This document shows positions 1 through 46,459 of a DNA stretch of 64,000 nt, in pieces. A program made the position numbers and the translations under genes. The stretch's first letter is position 1. Every line of letters starts with the position of its first letter. The notes under the pieces are model-generated. The model was not told where the DNA came from. It saw only the letters and a program-made list of their open reading frames with translations, and ran no database searches. Source of the stretch: Eledone cirrhosa (lineage: Eukaryota); NCBI GenBank assembly GCA_964016885.1, contig OZ024762.1:20274001-20338000 (forward strand). Direction: 5' to 3'.

Positions 1-266
1 GCACCAAGAAAAGACGGACACCATGTTATCTAAATTAAACATGTTTAGGGCACCAAGGAAAGAAGAACACCAATGTGCTCAAGTTAAATGTATGCTGTTC
101 CAAAATAATTTTTTATTTTTGTTAGATTTTATATGGAAAGAGGGGGTGGCATAATAATCATTTAAGTGATTTGGGCCCTAAAATTATTTGATTTGGCCCC
201 TCATTACCCAAATGTCCAGTCAACCTGTGGTTGGTAGATAAATTTGAATGTTAAACTGAGAAGTTA

Positions 267-420
267 CCGTATTTCCCGGCGTCGAAGATGCTACTTTTTT
301 CCTAACATAATTCACAAAAATCTAACATGCGTCTTGGAGGCCAAAGGTTTTTTATTATTTTTTTTTCAAATTTTTGGTGCATCCTCAAGGGCGAAGCGTC
401 TTCAGTACTGGGGAATACGG
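267..420. mobile_element. Tc1/mariner(pogo)-type MITE
   Basis: Imperfect terminal inverted repeats CCGTATTTCCC / GGGAATACGG flanked by TA on both sides (265-266, 421-422). Confidence 0.7.
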
Positions 421-451
421 TAAATCTGTTTAATTTCTATCTTGTCTGTAG

Positions 452-597
452 GTCTTGACAGTTCTTCTTCAATAAAGTTGTTATATGCTGATGTTCCAAT
501 TGTTAAGCCAAGTATTTGTAAAAAAGAAGCTGACTCTATCAAAGATCAACATTTGTGTGCTGGAGATATGAAAACAAATGGTAAAACCTCCTGTGTG
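452..597 (+). CDS. S1 (chymotrypsin-fold) serine protease, penultimate coding exon
   Basis: Acceptor tgtag|, donor |gtaagt. Translates LDSSSSIKLLYADVPIVKPSICKKEADSIKDQHLCAGDMKTNGKTSCV (L..A.VPIV...C......LCAG.....SC pattern) and joins in phase 0 to GDSGGP. Confidence 0.9.
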
Positions 598-1059
598 GTA
601 AGTTCTTTGTTGTTTTTGTTTAGTTAATGGTGTCACAAGGTCATGAATTGGTAGATTCATTAGGAAACATCAGATTAAAAGCCTTGGTATTTGTTTTGAG
701 TCACTTCTCTTTGAGTTCAAATCCTGACGAGACCAACTTTGCCTTTCATCTTTTTAAGGTTTTAAATAAAGTACCAGTCTAGTACTTTTTAAGGTTTTAG
801 GGTTGATAAATAAAGTACCAGTCTAGTACTTTTAAGTAAATGACACTTGCCCAGGATGTCAATCAGTGGAACCAAACTCTGAACCTGAGTGTACTCTGAA
901 CCTGTGTACACAGACATACACACACATACATACACACACACCCATACACCCACACACACACACACATACATACATACATACATACAAACATACATACATA
1001 CATGCATGTTTTCACACACATACATGCATGTTTTCATTCAATTTTGATGTTGTTTTCAG

Positions 1060-1215
1060 GGAGATTCTGGTGGTCCTTTGTCCTGCACCAGTGCTGATGA
1101 TGGAGAAACAGTCTTGGCTGGTGTCATTTCCTATGGCTGGGACTGTACTAATGGATTGTCTGTCATGACTAAAGTTTCTCATTTCAAGGACTGGATTGAG
1201 AAAGAACTGCAATAG
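1060..1215 (+). CDS. S1 serine protease, last coding exon (catalytic Ser motif GDSGGP)
   Basis: Acceptor ttttcag|. Translates GDSGGPLSCTSADDGETVLAGVISYGWDCTNGLSVMTKVSHFKDWIEKELQ* with TAG at 1213-1215. Upstream exons lie left of the window. Confidence 0.93.
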   Translation, partial: GDSGGPLSCTSADDGETVLAGVISYGWDCTNGLSVMTKVSHFKDWIEKELQ

Positions 1216-1321
1216 ATCTCAAACACCCCACTCAGATATATCGATATATACGACGTGGTTGAGAGTGAACATAACTTAATTTCAAGCAAACATCTCAGAT
1301 ATATCATTATATTCAGGCAAC

Positions 1322-1327
1322 AATAAA
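1322..1327 (+). promoter_or_regulatory. Probable polyadenylation signal of the protease gene
   Basis: AATAAA about 107 nt after the stop, followed by T/GT-rich sequence. Confidence 0.55.
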
Positions 1328-1489
1328 TGATTTATTATTTCATCCAGTGTTCTATTCATTTATTTATCTTCTCTATTTTATATTGTACTTTGCCCTGATG
1401 ATAGAATATCTATTTATATGAAGGATGACAGCTGCATAAAAAGGTGCAGAGCGCTCAAAGTCGATGGATGCCTTGGAGTGGGGGAGACC

Positions 1490-2143
1490 CAGGAAGACTT
1501 GGGATGAAGTGTTAAAAGCCAACCTTGTCCAATTGTATCTCTCAAAGGTGATGACACAGGACCGAGATCTCTGGCATTACGCAGTAATACAGATCTAATT
1601 TCCCACGGGGACAGGCTGAAGCTGAAACATATATACAGTATGCACCACCCCATCCCATCCTCCCATACATATCCCATGAGGACAGGCTAAAACACTGTCA
1701 AGTGGTCATGATGGTGACATTGTAAAAAGCACCCAGTACTCACTGTAAAGAGGTCATATAGGTGTCATGACAAAAAGCACCCAGTACTCAACATAAAGTG
1801 GTCATGTAGGTATCATGACGAAAAGCACCCAGTACACACTGTAAGTGGTCACATAGGTGACACGACAAAAAGCTCCAAGTACTCACTGGTCAAGTAGGTG
1901 TCATGACAAAAAGCAGCCAGTCCACACTGTAAAGTGGTTGTGTAGGCGCCACAACAAAAAGCACCCAGTACTCACTGTAAATGAGGTTGGTATTAGGAAG
2001 GGCGTGCAGTTGTAGAAACCAAGCCAAAATCAGTTCTGTATGAACAAGACATGGTCACCTTACCTAACGTCGCCCACAACAGGACAACTCGTCTAACCCA
2101 TGCTAGCGTGGAAAATAGATGTTAAACAACGATGATGATGATG
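1490..2143 (+). mobile_element. RTE-tailed SINE-like composite with internal ~47-50-bp tandem module
   Basis: RTE C-terminal remnant (GRPRKTW-like), about 6 copies of AAAAGCACCCAGTAC.CACTGTAAAGTGGTC, the AGGAAGGGC..CAG.TGTAGAAA block, and a tail ending in (TGA)n. Confidence 0.6.
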
Positions 2144-2431
2144 AGTTGTAGGGTTACCACAGTTCCTACTTGTCTTGAACATGTCTTTGTCTCCGCTGAA
2201 ACTAAGGAGTAGAGCAGTCATAAGGAAACTGTGGCATGTTTGGTTTTCTAAATGGTTCCCCTAATTTCAAAATTGCTTTGAATTTCTTTAGTAATGTGGC
2301 CTGCCTTATGAGGAGCCACATCCCATGCAGCCCACTGCTCAAAAAGGGTCTCCCATGTCTGGTATAGAGTCGACTTCTTTCATTATTTAATTTTTTTTCT
2401 TTTTCTTTTAATGGAAACACAATTGGAATGT

Positions 2432-2648
2432 GAGGATGGCAGATTGGCGGTAGAACGTCGGACGCCATGTTTTGCAGCATAGAGTTACGTCCCTTTATGA
2501 TCCGAGTTCAAATCCTGCCGAGGTTAGAGTTTTTGCCTTTCATCTTTACGGGGTCGATAAAATAAAGCACCAGTAATGCACTGCAGTCGATTTAATCGAC
2601 CTTCCCGTCCCCCAAATTTGCTGGCCTTGTGCCTATAATAGAAATCAT
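2432..2648 (+). mobile_element. tRNA-derived SINE family A (Meta/MESC-like central domain) with long flanking direct repeat
   Basis: B box GAGTTCAAATCC and central TTTGCCTTTCATC.TTACGGGGTCGATAAAATAAAG. A ~45-50-bp direct repeat flanks it (2380-2429 vs 2645-2690). Confidence 0.75.
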
Positions 2649-3139
2649 TATTTAATTTTTTTTTTCTTTTAATGGAAACACAATCGGAATTTGTTAAATA
2701 AATATGTCCATGTTCGGCTTTGCAAGAGAAATAACTTATAAATTCCAATTATTTCCCTTGGTAAGAGCCAGCCATATGCAATCATTAAAATGAAAGAAAT
2801 TCTATTTACATACATATTTCTCATAATAAACAGGAAGAAATAAAAATAAAATTGTTTCTACTTTTGGCACAAGGCCAACAATTACCCCAGTGTATTACTG
2901 GTACTTTATTTTATCGACCCTGTAAGGATGAAAGGCAAAGTTAACCTCGGCGGGATTTGAACTCAGACGTAAAGGACCATAACTCTAAAAAATAATTGTT
3001 TCTACTTTAGGCACAAGGCCAGCAATTACTCTCCTTTTACATACAATGACAGATATGCATGGCAGGCCGGCATATATCTCTCGCAAAGGTAGATGTCGCC
3101 AGCTTATGTTCCGAATGTGTAGAAGACATAGAGGGAAGG

Positions 3140-3480
3140 TTTTATAAAGACACACTTCTTCCAGCAGTGTGGCAGTATTTAAATCCCATTGGTGAAGAAG
3201 CTTTCATCCTATTGGTCATAAAAGATGTCCGATATGATGTCCTCATCAGTGCAATACTGGTTCCCAGCCAAGTGTTTTATCATGTAGGGGAACAATAGTC
3301 AGGTGGGGCCAAATGAGAATAGGGAAGGTAATCAATCAGTTCAAAGCTACTGTCACACACAGCAGCCATTGAAACCAAGGACTCGTGTGCTGGAGCATTG
3401 TCCTAATGAAACAAGACCCTTTTTGTCAGTTTTCTTAGGTGTTTGGTCTTGACAGCTTTTGGAAACTTCCTCAGTAAGCT
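3140..3480 (-). pseudogene. Degenerate mariner transposase C-terminal fragment
   Basis: Minus strand reads GVLFH*DNAPAH...AAV...FELI.YLPYS-HLAPPDY..FP...KHLAGNQY..DEDII...GI..L..CWKKCV, matching mariner HQDNAPAH / HPPYSPDLAPSDY motifs, with stops and frameshifts. Confidence 0.8.
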
Positions 3481-3509
3481 GGCAGTTTCAAAAGGCTATC
3501 AAGACCAAC

Positions 3510-3965
3510 CCCCTAAGAAAACTGACAACAACCGTGGGCACCTTTTTGAATTCAATACGTCTAACAACTGTGGACATGCTTACAAAATCAGAAAAAAAAA
3601 CAGTACAGCTCTCAGGACTTTCAGAAACATTTTCTAACACTCAGAGTTGCTGAAGCATAGAACAAACAACCTGCATCAGTTGTTAACTGTCGGGACACTA
3701 CATCCTTCAAAACTTCCATAGAACAAACTACCTGCATCAGCTGTTAACTGTCGGGACACTGCATCCTTCAAAACTTCCATGTTACCCGAAATTCGCCAAC
3801 ACTACACCTGATATTCATCATCCATACACAAGTACTCATGTGTGTGTATATCATGACCCATACACTGTTCACTTTCCTGACATTTGTAAATTAATTTATG
3901 TACTATAAATGCACTTTTGATGAGTTTTAGTGCACCTGAGCACTGTACACATTAATTTTCATTAT
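3510..3965 (+). mobile_element. CR1-clade LINE 3' fragment
   Basis: Same RGHAYKIRK...FF.LRVAEAWNKLPASVV-type 3' region and UTR as 14465-15135 and 60309-61115. Contains a 61-bp tandem duplication. Confidence 0.75.
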
Positions 3966-3966
3966 A

Positions 3967-4301
3967 TCATCATCATCATTTTACGTCCACTTTTCCCTGC
4001 TTGCAAGGGTGAGACAGGAACTGATTCTGGCTTGATTTCTACAGCTGGATGCCCTTCCTAACACCAACCTCATTTACAGTGAGTGCTGGGTGCTTTTTTG
4101 GCGTGGCACCTCCACGACCACTTTGCAGTGGAATGATAGGGACCCCAGTCCCTATCATCTCATTTCTACAGCTGAGTAAACTGGAGCAATGTGAAATAAA
4201 GTGTCTTGCTCAAGGAAACAACACATCACCCGGTCTGAGAATTGAACTCACAACCTTTCGATTGCAAGGCCAATGCTCTAACCACTAAGCCATGTGCCTC
4301 C
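3967..4301 (-). mobile_element. SINE family B (tRNA head + CORE-like domain + V-like block + RTE tail), full length
   Basis: Minus strand GGAGGCACATGGCTTAGTGGTTAGAGC...GAGTTCAATTCTC (A/B boxes), CCTTGAGCAAGACACTT (CORE-like), AGGAAGGGCATCCAGCTGTAGAAA, tail CCTTGCAAGCAGGGAAAAGTGGACGTAAAA(TGA)n. Confidence 0.8.
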
Positions 4302-4430
4302 ATATATATATAATCCCGCCGAGGTTGACTTTGCCTTTCATCCTTACGGGATCGATAAAATAAAGTACCAGTAATGCACTAGGTAATTGCTGGCCTTGTG
4401 CCAAAAGTAGAAACAATTATATATATATGG

Positions 4431-4650
4431 AGGGCGGTGGATTGACAGTATCGGTAGAGGGTCGGATGCCATGCCTTGTAGCATAGAGTTACGGCCCTTT
4501 ATTATCTGAGTTCAAATCCTGCCGAGGTTAACTTTGCCTCTCATCCTTACGGGGTCGATAAAATAAAGTACAGGTCATGCACTGGGGTCAATTTAATCGA
4601 TTTCCCCCTCCCCCCAAAATTGCTGCCCTTGTGCCTATATAAGAAACCAT

Positions 4651-4655
<5 letters not shown>
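4431..4655 (+). mobile_element. SINE family A
   Basis: GGGCGGTGGATTG.CAGTATCGGTAGAGGG head, B box, conserved central domain, (TA)n tail. Other full or partial copies near 2845-2985(-), 15370-15905, 23380-23810, 35544-35735, 38625-38780, 39745-39912, 40355-40525, 43495-43790. Confidence 0.8.
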
Positions 4656-4681
<26 letters not shown>

Positions 4682-4887
4682 TTAAGGATACTATTTATGG
4701 TTATGTATATACTAAAACTTTTTATAGTTATATATAAAGGTCATCATCATCATCATCATCAACGTTTAACGTCCGTGTTCCACGCTTGCATGGGTTTGGA
4801 CGGGGGTTTTCCCACTTGAGGCAAGAGTGATTGTCTTGCTCGCATAGGACTGTCTGGCAGGTCATGTATGTAAACAATCATTGAAAA

Positions 4888-4942
4888 ATTGCTCCGAAGA
4901 CTCCAAACCTCGGTTTGGACGAAACAATTGTAAGCTAATAAA
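4888..4942 (+). ncRNA. Minimal type-I hammerhead ribozyme-like motif (Penelope pLTR type), degenerate core
   Basis: gct-CCGAAGA-c-TCCAAAC/ctcg/GTTTGGA-c-GAAA-C-AATT-G-TA|agc followed by AATAAA. The core has U4->C. Confidence 0.5.
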
Positions 4943-5959
4943 TGGTTTGAACAGAACTTTGATTCATGTAATTTCTATATATATATATATACTCCAGTCC
5001 TACAAACTGTAGAGTGCTTCTTATCCGATATCTGCATTGCTTTATTGTACTACAATAAAACTCACCTCCTACATATATATATATCATCATCATTATATAT
5101 ATAAATGAAAAGTATAGAAAGTATTGTAGCAAGAAGCCAACAGTATTCCATAATATATAAGTGACTATAGCGTCAAAATGGAAAAATAGTTAACATAAGA
5201 TGTGGGAAAATAATTCAAACTCAATTCAAAAAGAATCAGGATATAGATTCATCCACAGAATTTGGTGAAATCCATGGAAAAATCAATAGAGCCTTAACTC
5301 ATGATAAAATAAAGTTTAAAATACTCATCCTTCAATTTGGAAAAACTACAAATGCTCTGTATAGTCTTGAAAAAGACTATTTTACGAAATTTTCACGGTT
5401 GGAATCGATCATATTTACCAAACTATCTTCAGTGGGGAACATGTTTGAAGTGTTGACATTTTTTTCTCATTTCTCTGACGTTCTTAAGTATTCATTAATT
5501 CAGTAAACATAAAAAAAAACGTGTAATTCTCAATAATTAAAGTTCAATTACCATAAAAAATGTTTTCCGAAATATTTACAATGTAATCCTTCCTGATGTG
5601 TTTGTATGCGACCAACACAGGTGCCCCCAACAGTCAACATTGTATCATATCTGTTTAAAATAGGGGTTTGAAACACACTTCAGACACAAGCATTTTTGAA
5701 AAGAGACTGTAAATTCTCAGTTTGTTAATTCCAATCAATATTTTGTCCTTGCCGTCGTCCTGTCAGTAAGCTACTCATATTAAATCAGCTGGTTTTCAAC
5801 GTGTTGAACGTCGAATCAACCGCCGGTGGAAATGGTTTCCAAGGACGATAACTCACAGTAAAACATAATATTTTCTGAGTTGTTGCCCTTGTTAAGAAAA
5901 TAAACTTGGAATATAAAATGAGCTAATTATGACTTAACGATTCTGCCAATTCACTCCAA

Positions 5960-6345
5960 CAAACCTTTTTATGAAAGATACCGCTTATGTATGCGACTCT
6001 TTCGTTACCATATTTCTATTGAAAGAAGACACTGTCTATGTCATTCACCCTTTCATTACCATATTTCTAATGAAAGACATTGTCTATGTCATTACCGTAT
6101 TTCTAATGAAAGACATTACCTATGTCATTAACTCTTTCATTACTGTATTTCTAATGAAAGACACTGTCTATGTTTAACCCTTTCATTACCATATTTCTAA
6201 TGAGAGACATTGTCTATGTTATTAGCACTTTTATTAGTATATTTCTGATGAAAGACACTGCCTATTTTTAACCCTTTCATTATTATATTTCTAATGAAAG
6301 ATGCTGTCTATCTCATTAACCCTTCGTTACCATATTTCTAATAAA
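5960..6345. repeat. Degenerate ~50-bp tandem repeat from a TTAA-CCCTTT MITE end
   Basis: Repeated TTAACCCTTTCATTACCATATTTCTAATGAAAGACACTG.CTATG. The same element underlies the 103-bp array at 46460-47320. Confidence 0.65.
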
Positions 6346-6423
6346 ATATGAAAATCATTAATTTGGAGGGATTTATTAATGTAACCAACTTTCACATTAA
6401 TAAGCTGGTGTTTTTTAGATATA

Positions 6424-6520
6424 CAGGGTGTTCCCCAAAAATGTATACACACTTTGATTACCTGTACAGGCAATATTTATTAGAATGCTATTGAAGTTTG
6501 TATACATTTTTTGGGGACAC
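6424..6520. mobile_element. Small Tc1/mariner-type MITE
   Basis: TA-CAGGGTGTTCCCCAAAAATGTATACA ... TGTATACATTTTTTGGGGACAC inverted ends; the right end is truncated. Confidence 0.55.
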
Positions 6521-7227
6521 ACATTAACTCTTTCGTTACCATATTTCTAATGAAAAACAATGCCTGTTATTTTCAAATAATTATGAAAATAATCAAGAAT
6601 TTAGAGGAATTTAGTAATATAGCTAACTTTCTCATTATTAAGTTGATGTTTGGAACATAAAATTCTGATGAAAATTTTTCAGGACCTGTCAGCCATGTCA
6701 ACAATATGACAGCCTCCCTAGTGTTGGTTACCTACACAATAAACACACCCAGTACATGCTGTAAAGTGGATGGTGATAGGAAGGGCATCCACCCATAGAA
6801 AGCTTGCCAAACAAAGGGTTGGAAGGACCCTCAGTTGTGTCAAAGACATGACAACCTCCCCTGTGGACTCAGTAGAACATGAGACCATATATAACTAAGA
6901 TGTAGGTCGTGTAGGTGCCAAGGTAAAAAAGCACCCGGCATCCACTGTAAATGAGGTTGGTGTTAGGAAGGGCATCCAGCTGTAGAAATCAAGCCAGCAT
7001 CAGTTCCGTATGAGCAAGACATGCTCACCTGATCTGGCATTGCCCTCAACAGGACAACCCGTCTAACCCATGCTAGCGTGGAAGAATGGACGTAAAATGG
7101 TGATGATGATGATGAAGATCCCTGGTCTGTCTGGGAGATCAGTAGCTCCGTTTCAGTATTGACATGGTCTCTGTAGTCATGTCCAACCCTTAAAACGATG
7201 ACGATGATTTTAAAATAAACAATTTTG

Positions 7228-8492
7228 TAAGATGCCTATGTGTGAAGTGTGATGCTGCATGGTAGTAGTGAAAGATGGGCTGTAACTGCACAGGATATGT
7301 GTAAACTGGAGAGAAATGAAGCAAAGCATACTTCGTTGGATGTGCAATGTAAATGTGAGAGAAAGGCAGATCTTGGACGAGCTAAGGGAGAAGATAGGTT
7401 TAAGAGGAATCTGAAGTTACGAAGTGGTGTCCAGGAGGGAAGACTGCATTGGTACGGACATGTGATGTGCATGGATGATGATCACTGGGTGAAGAAGTGC
7501 CAGGAAATCCCAGTTGAGGGAAGCCGCAGTAGAGGTAGACCAGGAAATCCCAGTTGAGGGAAGCTACAGTAGAGGTAGACCAGGAAATCCCAGTCGAGGG
7601 AAGCTACAGTAGAGGTAGACCAGGAAATCCCAGTTGAGGGAAGCCGCAGTAGAGGTAGACCAGGAAGTCCCAGTCAAGGGGAGCTGCAGTAGAGGTAGAC
7701 CAGGAAATCCCAGTTGAGGGAAGCCACAGTAGAGGTAGACCAGGAAATCCCAGTTGAGGGAAGCTGCAGTAGAGGTAGACCAGGAAATCCCAGTTGAGGG
7801 AAGCCGCAGTAGAGGTAGACCAGGAAATCCCAGTTGAGGGAAGCCACAGTAGAGGTAGACCAGGAAATCCCAGTCGAGGGGAGCCACAGTAGAGGTAGAC
7901 CAGGAAATCCCAGTTGAGGGAAGCCACAGTAGAGGTAGACCAGGAAATCCCAGTTGAGGGAAGCCACAGTAGAGGTAGACCAGGAAATCCCAGTCAAGGG
8001 AAGCCACAGTAGAGGTAGACCAGGAAATCCCAGTCAAGGGAAGCCACAGTAGAGGTAGACCAGGAAATCCCAGTTGAGGGAAGCCACAGTAGAGGTAGAC
8101 CAGGAAATCCCAGTTGAGGGAAGCCACAGTAGAGGTAGACCAGGAAATCCCAGTTGAGGGAAGCCACAGTAGAGGTAGACCAGGAAATCCCAGTTGAGGG
8201 GAGCCACAGTAGAGGTAGACCAGGAAATCCCAGTTGAGGGAAGCCACAGTAGAGGTAGACCAGGAAAGCCACAGTAGAGGGGAGCCACAGTAGAGGTAGA
8301 CCAGGAAAGCCACAGTAGAGGTAGACCAAGAAAGACCTGGGCAGAGGTAGTGAAGGCTGACCTCAAGTTGCAGAGTCTCACAGAAGAGATGACGAAGGAA
8401 ACTGCCAAGTAGAGAGGTGCCATGCCGAGAAGGACCCCTCCGACCCATGTAAGCATGGAAAAAATGGACGTAAAATCAATGATGATGATGGT
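7228..8492 (+). mobile_element. RTE-clade LINE 3' fragment carrying an internal 40-bp tandem array
   Basis: Translates MLHGSSERWAVT...RLHWYGHVMCMDDDHWVKKCQEIPVEGSRSRGRP, resumes after the array as KTWAEVVKADL, and ends CATGGAAAAAATGGACGTAAAA..(TGA)n. Confidence 0.85.
7501..8330. repeat. 40-bp minisatellite (19 full units plus truncated units)
   Basis: CAGGAAATCCCAGTTGAGGGAAGCCACAGTAGAGGTAGAC repeated with exact 40-bp period from 7501 to 8260. Confidence 0.97.
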
Positions 8493-8633
8493 GGTGGTGG
8501 TGATGAGGATGATGATGATGACGAGGAGTGGGGGGGGGGGGGGGGAGAACCAGGTGTAGCTTCAGGTGATTCGGTATCAAAAGGGTTAAATGCAACACAA
8601 TATACTGAAAACAAATACAGAAGGAGTTTTAAT

Positions 8634-8644
8634 TTTATTTTATT
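8634..8644 (-). promoter_or_regulatory. Probable CPOX polyadenylation signal (overlapping AATAAAATAAA)
   Basis: Two overlapping AATAAA about 55-65 nt after the stop, followed by GT/T-rich sequence on the minus strand. Confidence 0.55.
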
Positions 8645-8697
8645 ATATATAAATACATTCTATTAAAAGGGTATAAATTTGGAATATAAAATAGAAT

Positions 8698-44111
<35,414 letters not shown>

Positions 44112-44289
44112 CTGGAAAATAAACAAGATAAGATATAGTTACATGTGTGTATGTGTATGATTATATATATATATATATGTGTGTCTGTGTATGCGTATGC
44201 CCTGCTATTACAAGCATTAAACTAATATATTCCTACCATGTACTGTACCGTTTATGTTGTTATTTTTGTTTACTTTTCACATGTATATA

Positions 44290-44401
<112 letters not shown>

Positions 44402-44792
44402 TATACATAATAAAAAAGAGAGATGTTGGTTGGTTTGTTGGTTGGTGTCTTCATGCATCGCACAAAAAAATGAAAAGTGGTAATCAAAAAGTAAGTAAAT
44501 GGAATAAGGGTATAACCAGGAAGGTTTGTTGCTTTATTGATACTAATTTTAGAACATCAATGAAGAAAAATATCCAGGGTATGTTAACCAACCTGACTGC
44601 TATTTCTAGCAGGTTGGGAGACAACCATAAGGGATTCTCTTTACACTGTCAGACATGATTGTGTTTCACAGCCAGCGTGTCTGTGGAATCAAAAACTGGT
44701 TTACACACCAACACACACGCACATTTATATATAATTATGTTTGGAGGTGAAATTTATGTTTTTCCTATGATCTTTAAAGTGTTTTGAATGAA

Positions 44793-45935
44793 TCATCATC
44801 ATCATCCTCATCAGTTTACGTCCACTATTCCCTGCTTGCAAGGGTGGGACGGGAACTGATTCTGGCTTGATTTCTACAGTTGGATGCCCTTCCTAACCCC
44901 AACCTCATTTACAGTGAGTGCTGGGTGCTTTTTTGCCGTGGCACCTCCACGGCCACTTTACAGTGAGTGCTGGGTGCTTTTTTGTTCGTGGCACCTCCAC
45001 GACCACTTTACAGTGAGTGCTGGGTGCTTTTTTGGCCATGGCACCTCCACGTCCACTTTACAGTGTGGGCTGGGTGCTTTTTTGTCCGTGGCACCTCCAC
45101 AACCTCATTTACAGTGAGTGCTGGGTGCTTTTTTTGCCGTGGCACCTCCACGACCACTTTACAGTAAGTGCTGGGTGCTTTTTTTGCCGTGGCACCTCCA
45201 CGACCACTTTACAGTGAGTGCTGGGTGCTTTTTTGACCGTGGCACCTCCACGACCACCTTACAGTGAGTGCTGGGTGCTTTTTTTGCCGTGGGACCTCCA
45301 CAACCACTTTACAGTAAGTGCTGGGTGCTTTTTTTGCCGCGGCACCTCCACGACCACTTTACAGTGAGTGCTGGGTGCTTTTTTGACCGTGGCACCTCCA
45401 CGACCACCTTACAGTGAGTGCTGGGTGCTTTTTTTGCCGTGGGACCTCCACGACCACTTTACAGTGAGTGCTGGGTGCTTTTTTGTCCGTGGCACCTCCA
45501 CAACCACTTTACAGTGAGTGCTGGGTGCTTTTTTTGTCTGTGGCACCTCCACGACCACCTTACAGTGAGTGCTGGGTGTTTTTTTGCCGTGGCACCTCCA
45601 CGACCACTTTACAGTGAGTGCTGGGTGCTTTTTTGGCTGTGGCACCTCCACGTCCACTTTACAGTGTGGGCTGGGTGCTTTTTTGCCCGTGGCACCCCCA
45701 CAACCACTTTACAGTGAGTGCTGGGTGCTTTTTTGTCCGTGGCACCTCCACAACCACTTTACAGTGAGTGCTGGGTGCTTTTTTTGCCATGGCACCTCCA
45801 CGACCACTTTACAGTGAGTGCTGGGTGCTTTTTTGTCTGTGGCACCTCCACAACCACTTTACAGTGAGTGCTGGGTGCTTTTTTTGCCGTGGCACCTCCA
45901 CGTCCACTTTACAGTGTGGGCTGGGTGCTTTTTTT
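44793..45935 (-). mobile_element. SINE B 3' part with its ~50-bp internal module amplified about 20 times
   Basis: (CAT)n tail and V-like block, then tandem TTACAGTGAGTGCTGGGTGCTTTTTTGCCGTGGCACCTCCACGACCACT (44908-45935). Confidence 0.9.
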
Positions 45936-46459
45936 CTACACAACAAACACTACATCACAAAACCACCACCAAGAGGCTACACAACAAACACTACATCACA
46001 ACACCACCACCAAGAGGCTACACAACAAACACTACATCACAACACCACCACCATCAAGCTACACAACAAACACTACATCACAAAACCGGCACATCAATAT
46101 CTCTCACAACAAACATTACATCACAACCCCGCCACCACAAAGATACACAAGAAAAACTCTCAACCATAAAATGTCTAGCTAGAGTTAAAAGACGTGTTTA
46201 GTGTCTGTTGATATCGAGAGATCCTTTGATCTGTTTTTAGAGTAGCTTTCACCTATCCACAGAGGATGTATTCTAGAGAGGAAATACTGCAAGACAATAC
46301 CAGCAGCTATCTGAAGTGTCTTAACCCTTTCATTACAATAGACTTAATGAAAGACACTGAAAATATTTTGAAAATTATATTGAAAATAAATGCTTTTCAT
46401 ACTTTGGGCAGACATTAAAATAAATTATCAGTGAAATACTAAAGTTGATTTTTGCCAGT

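Noticed and set aside
4225-4301. tRNA-like sequence with A and B boxes
   Set aside because: It is the head of SINE B; there is no complete acceptor stem and it continues into the SINE body.
7564-8456. 294-aa repetitive minus-strand ORFs
   Set aside because: Antisense reading of the RTE-derived 40-bp array.
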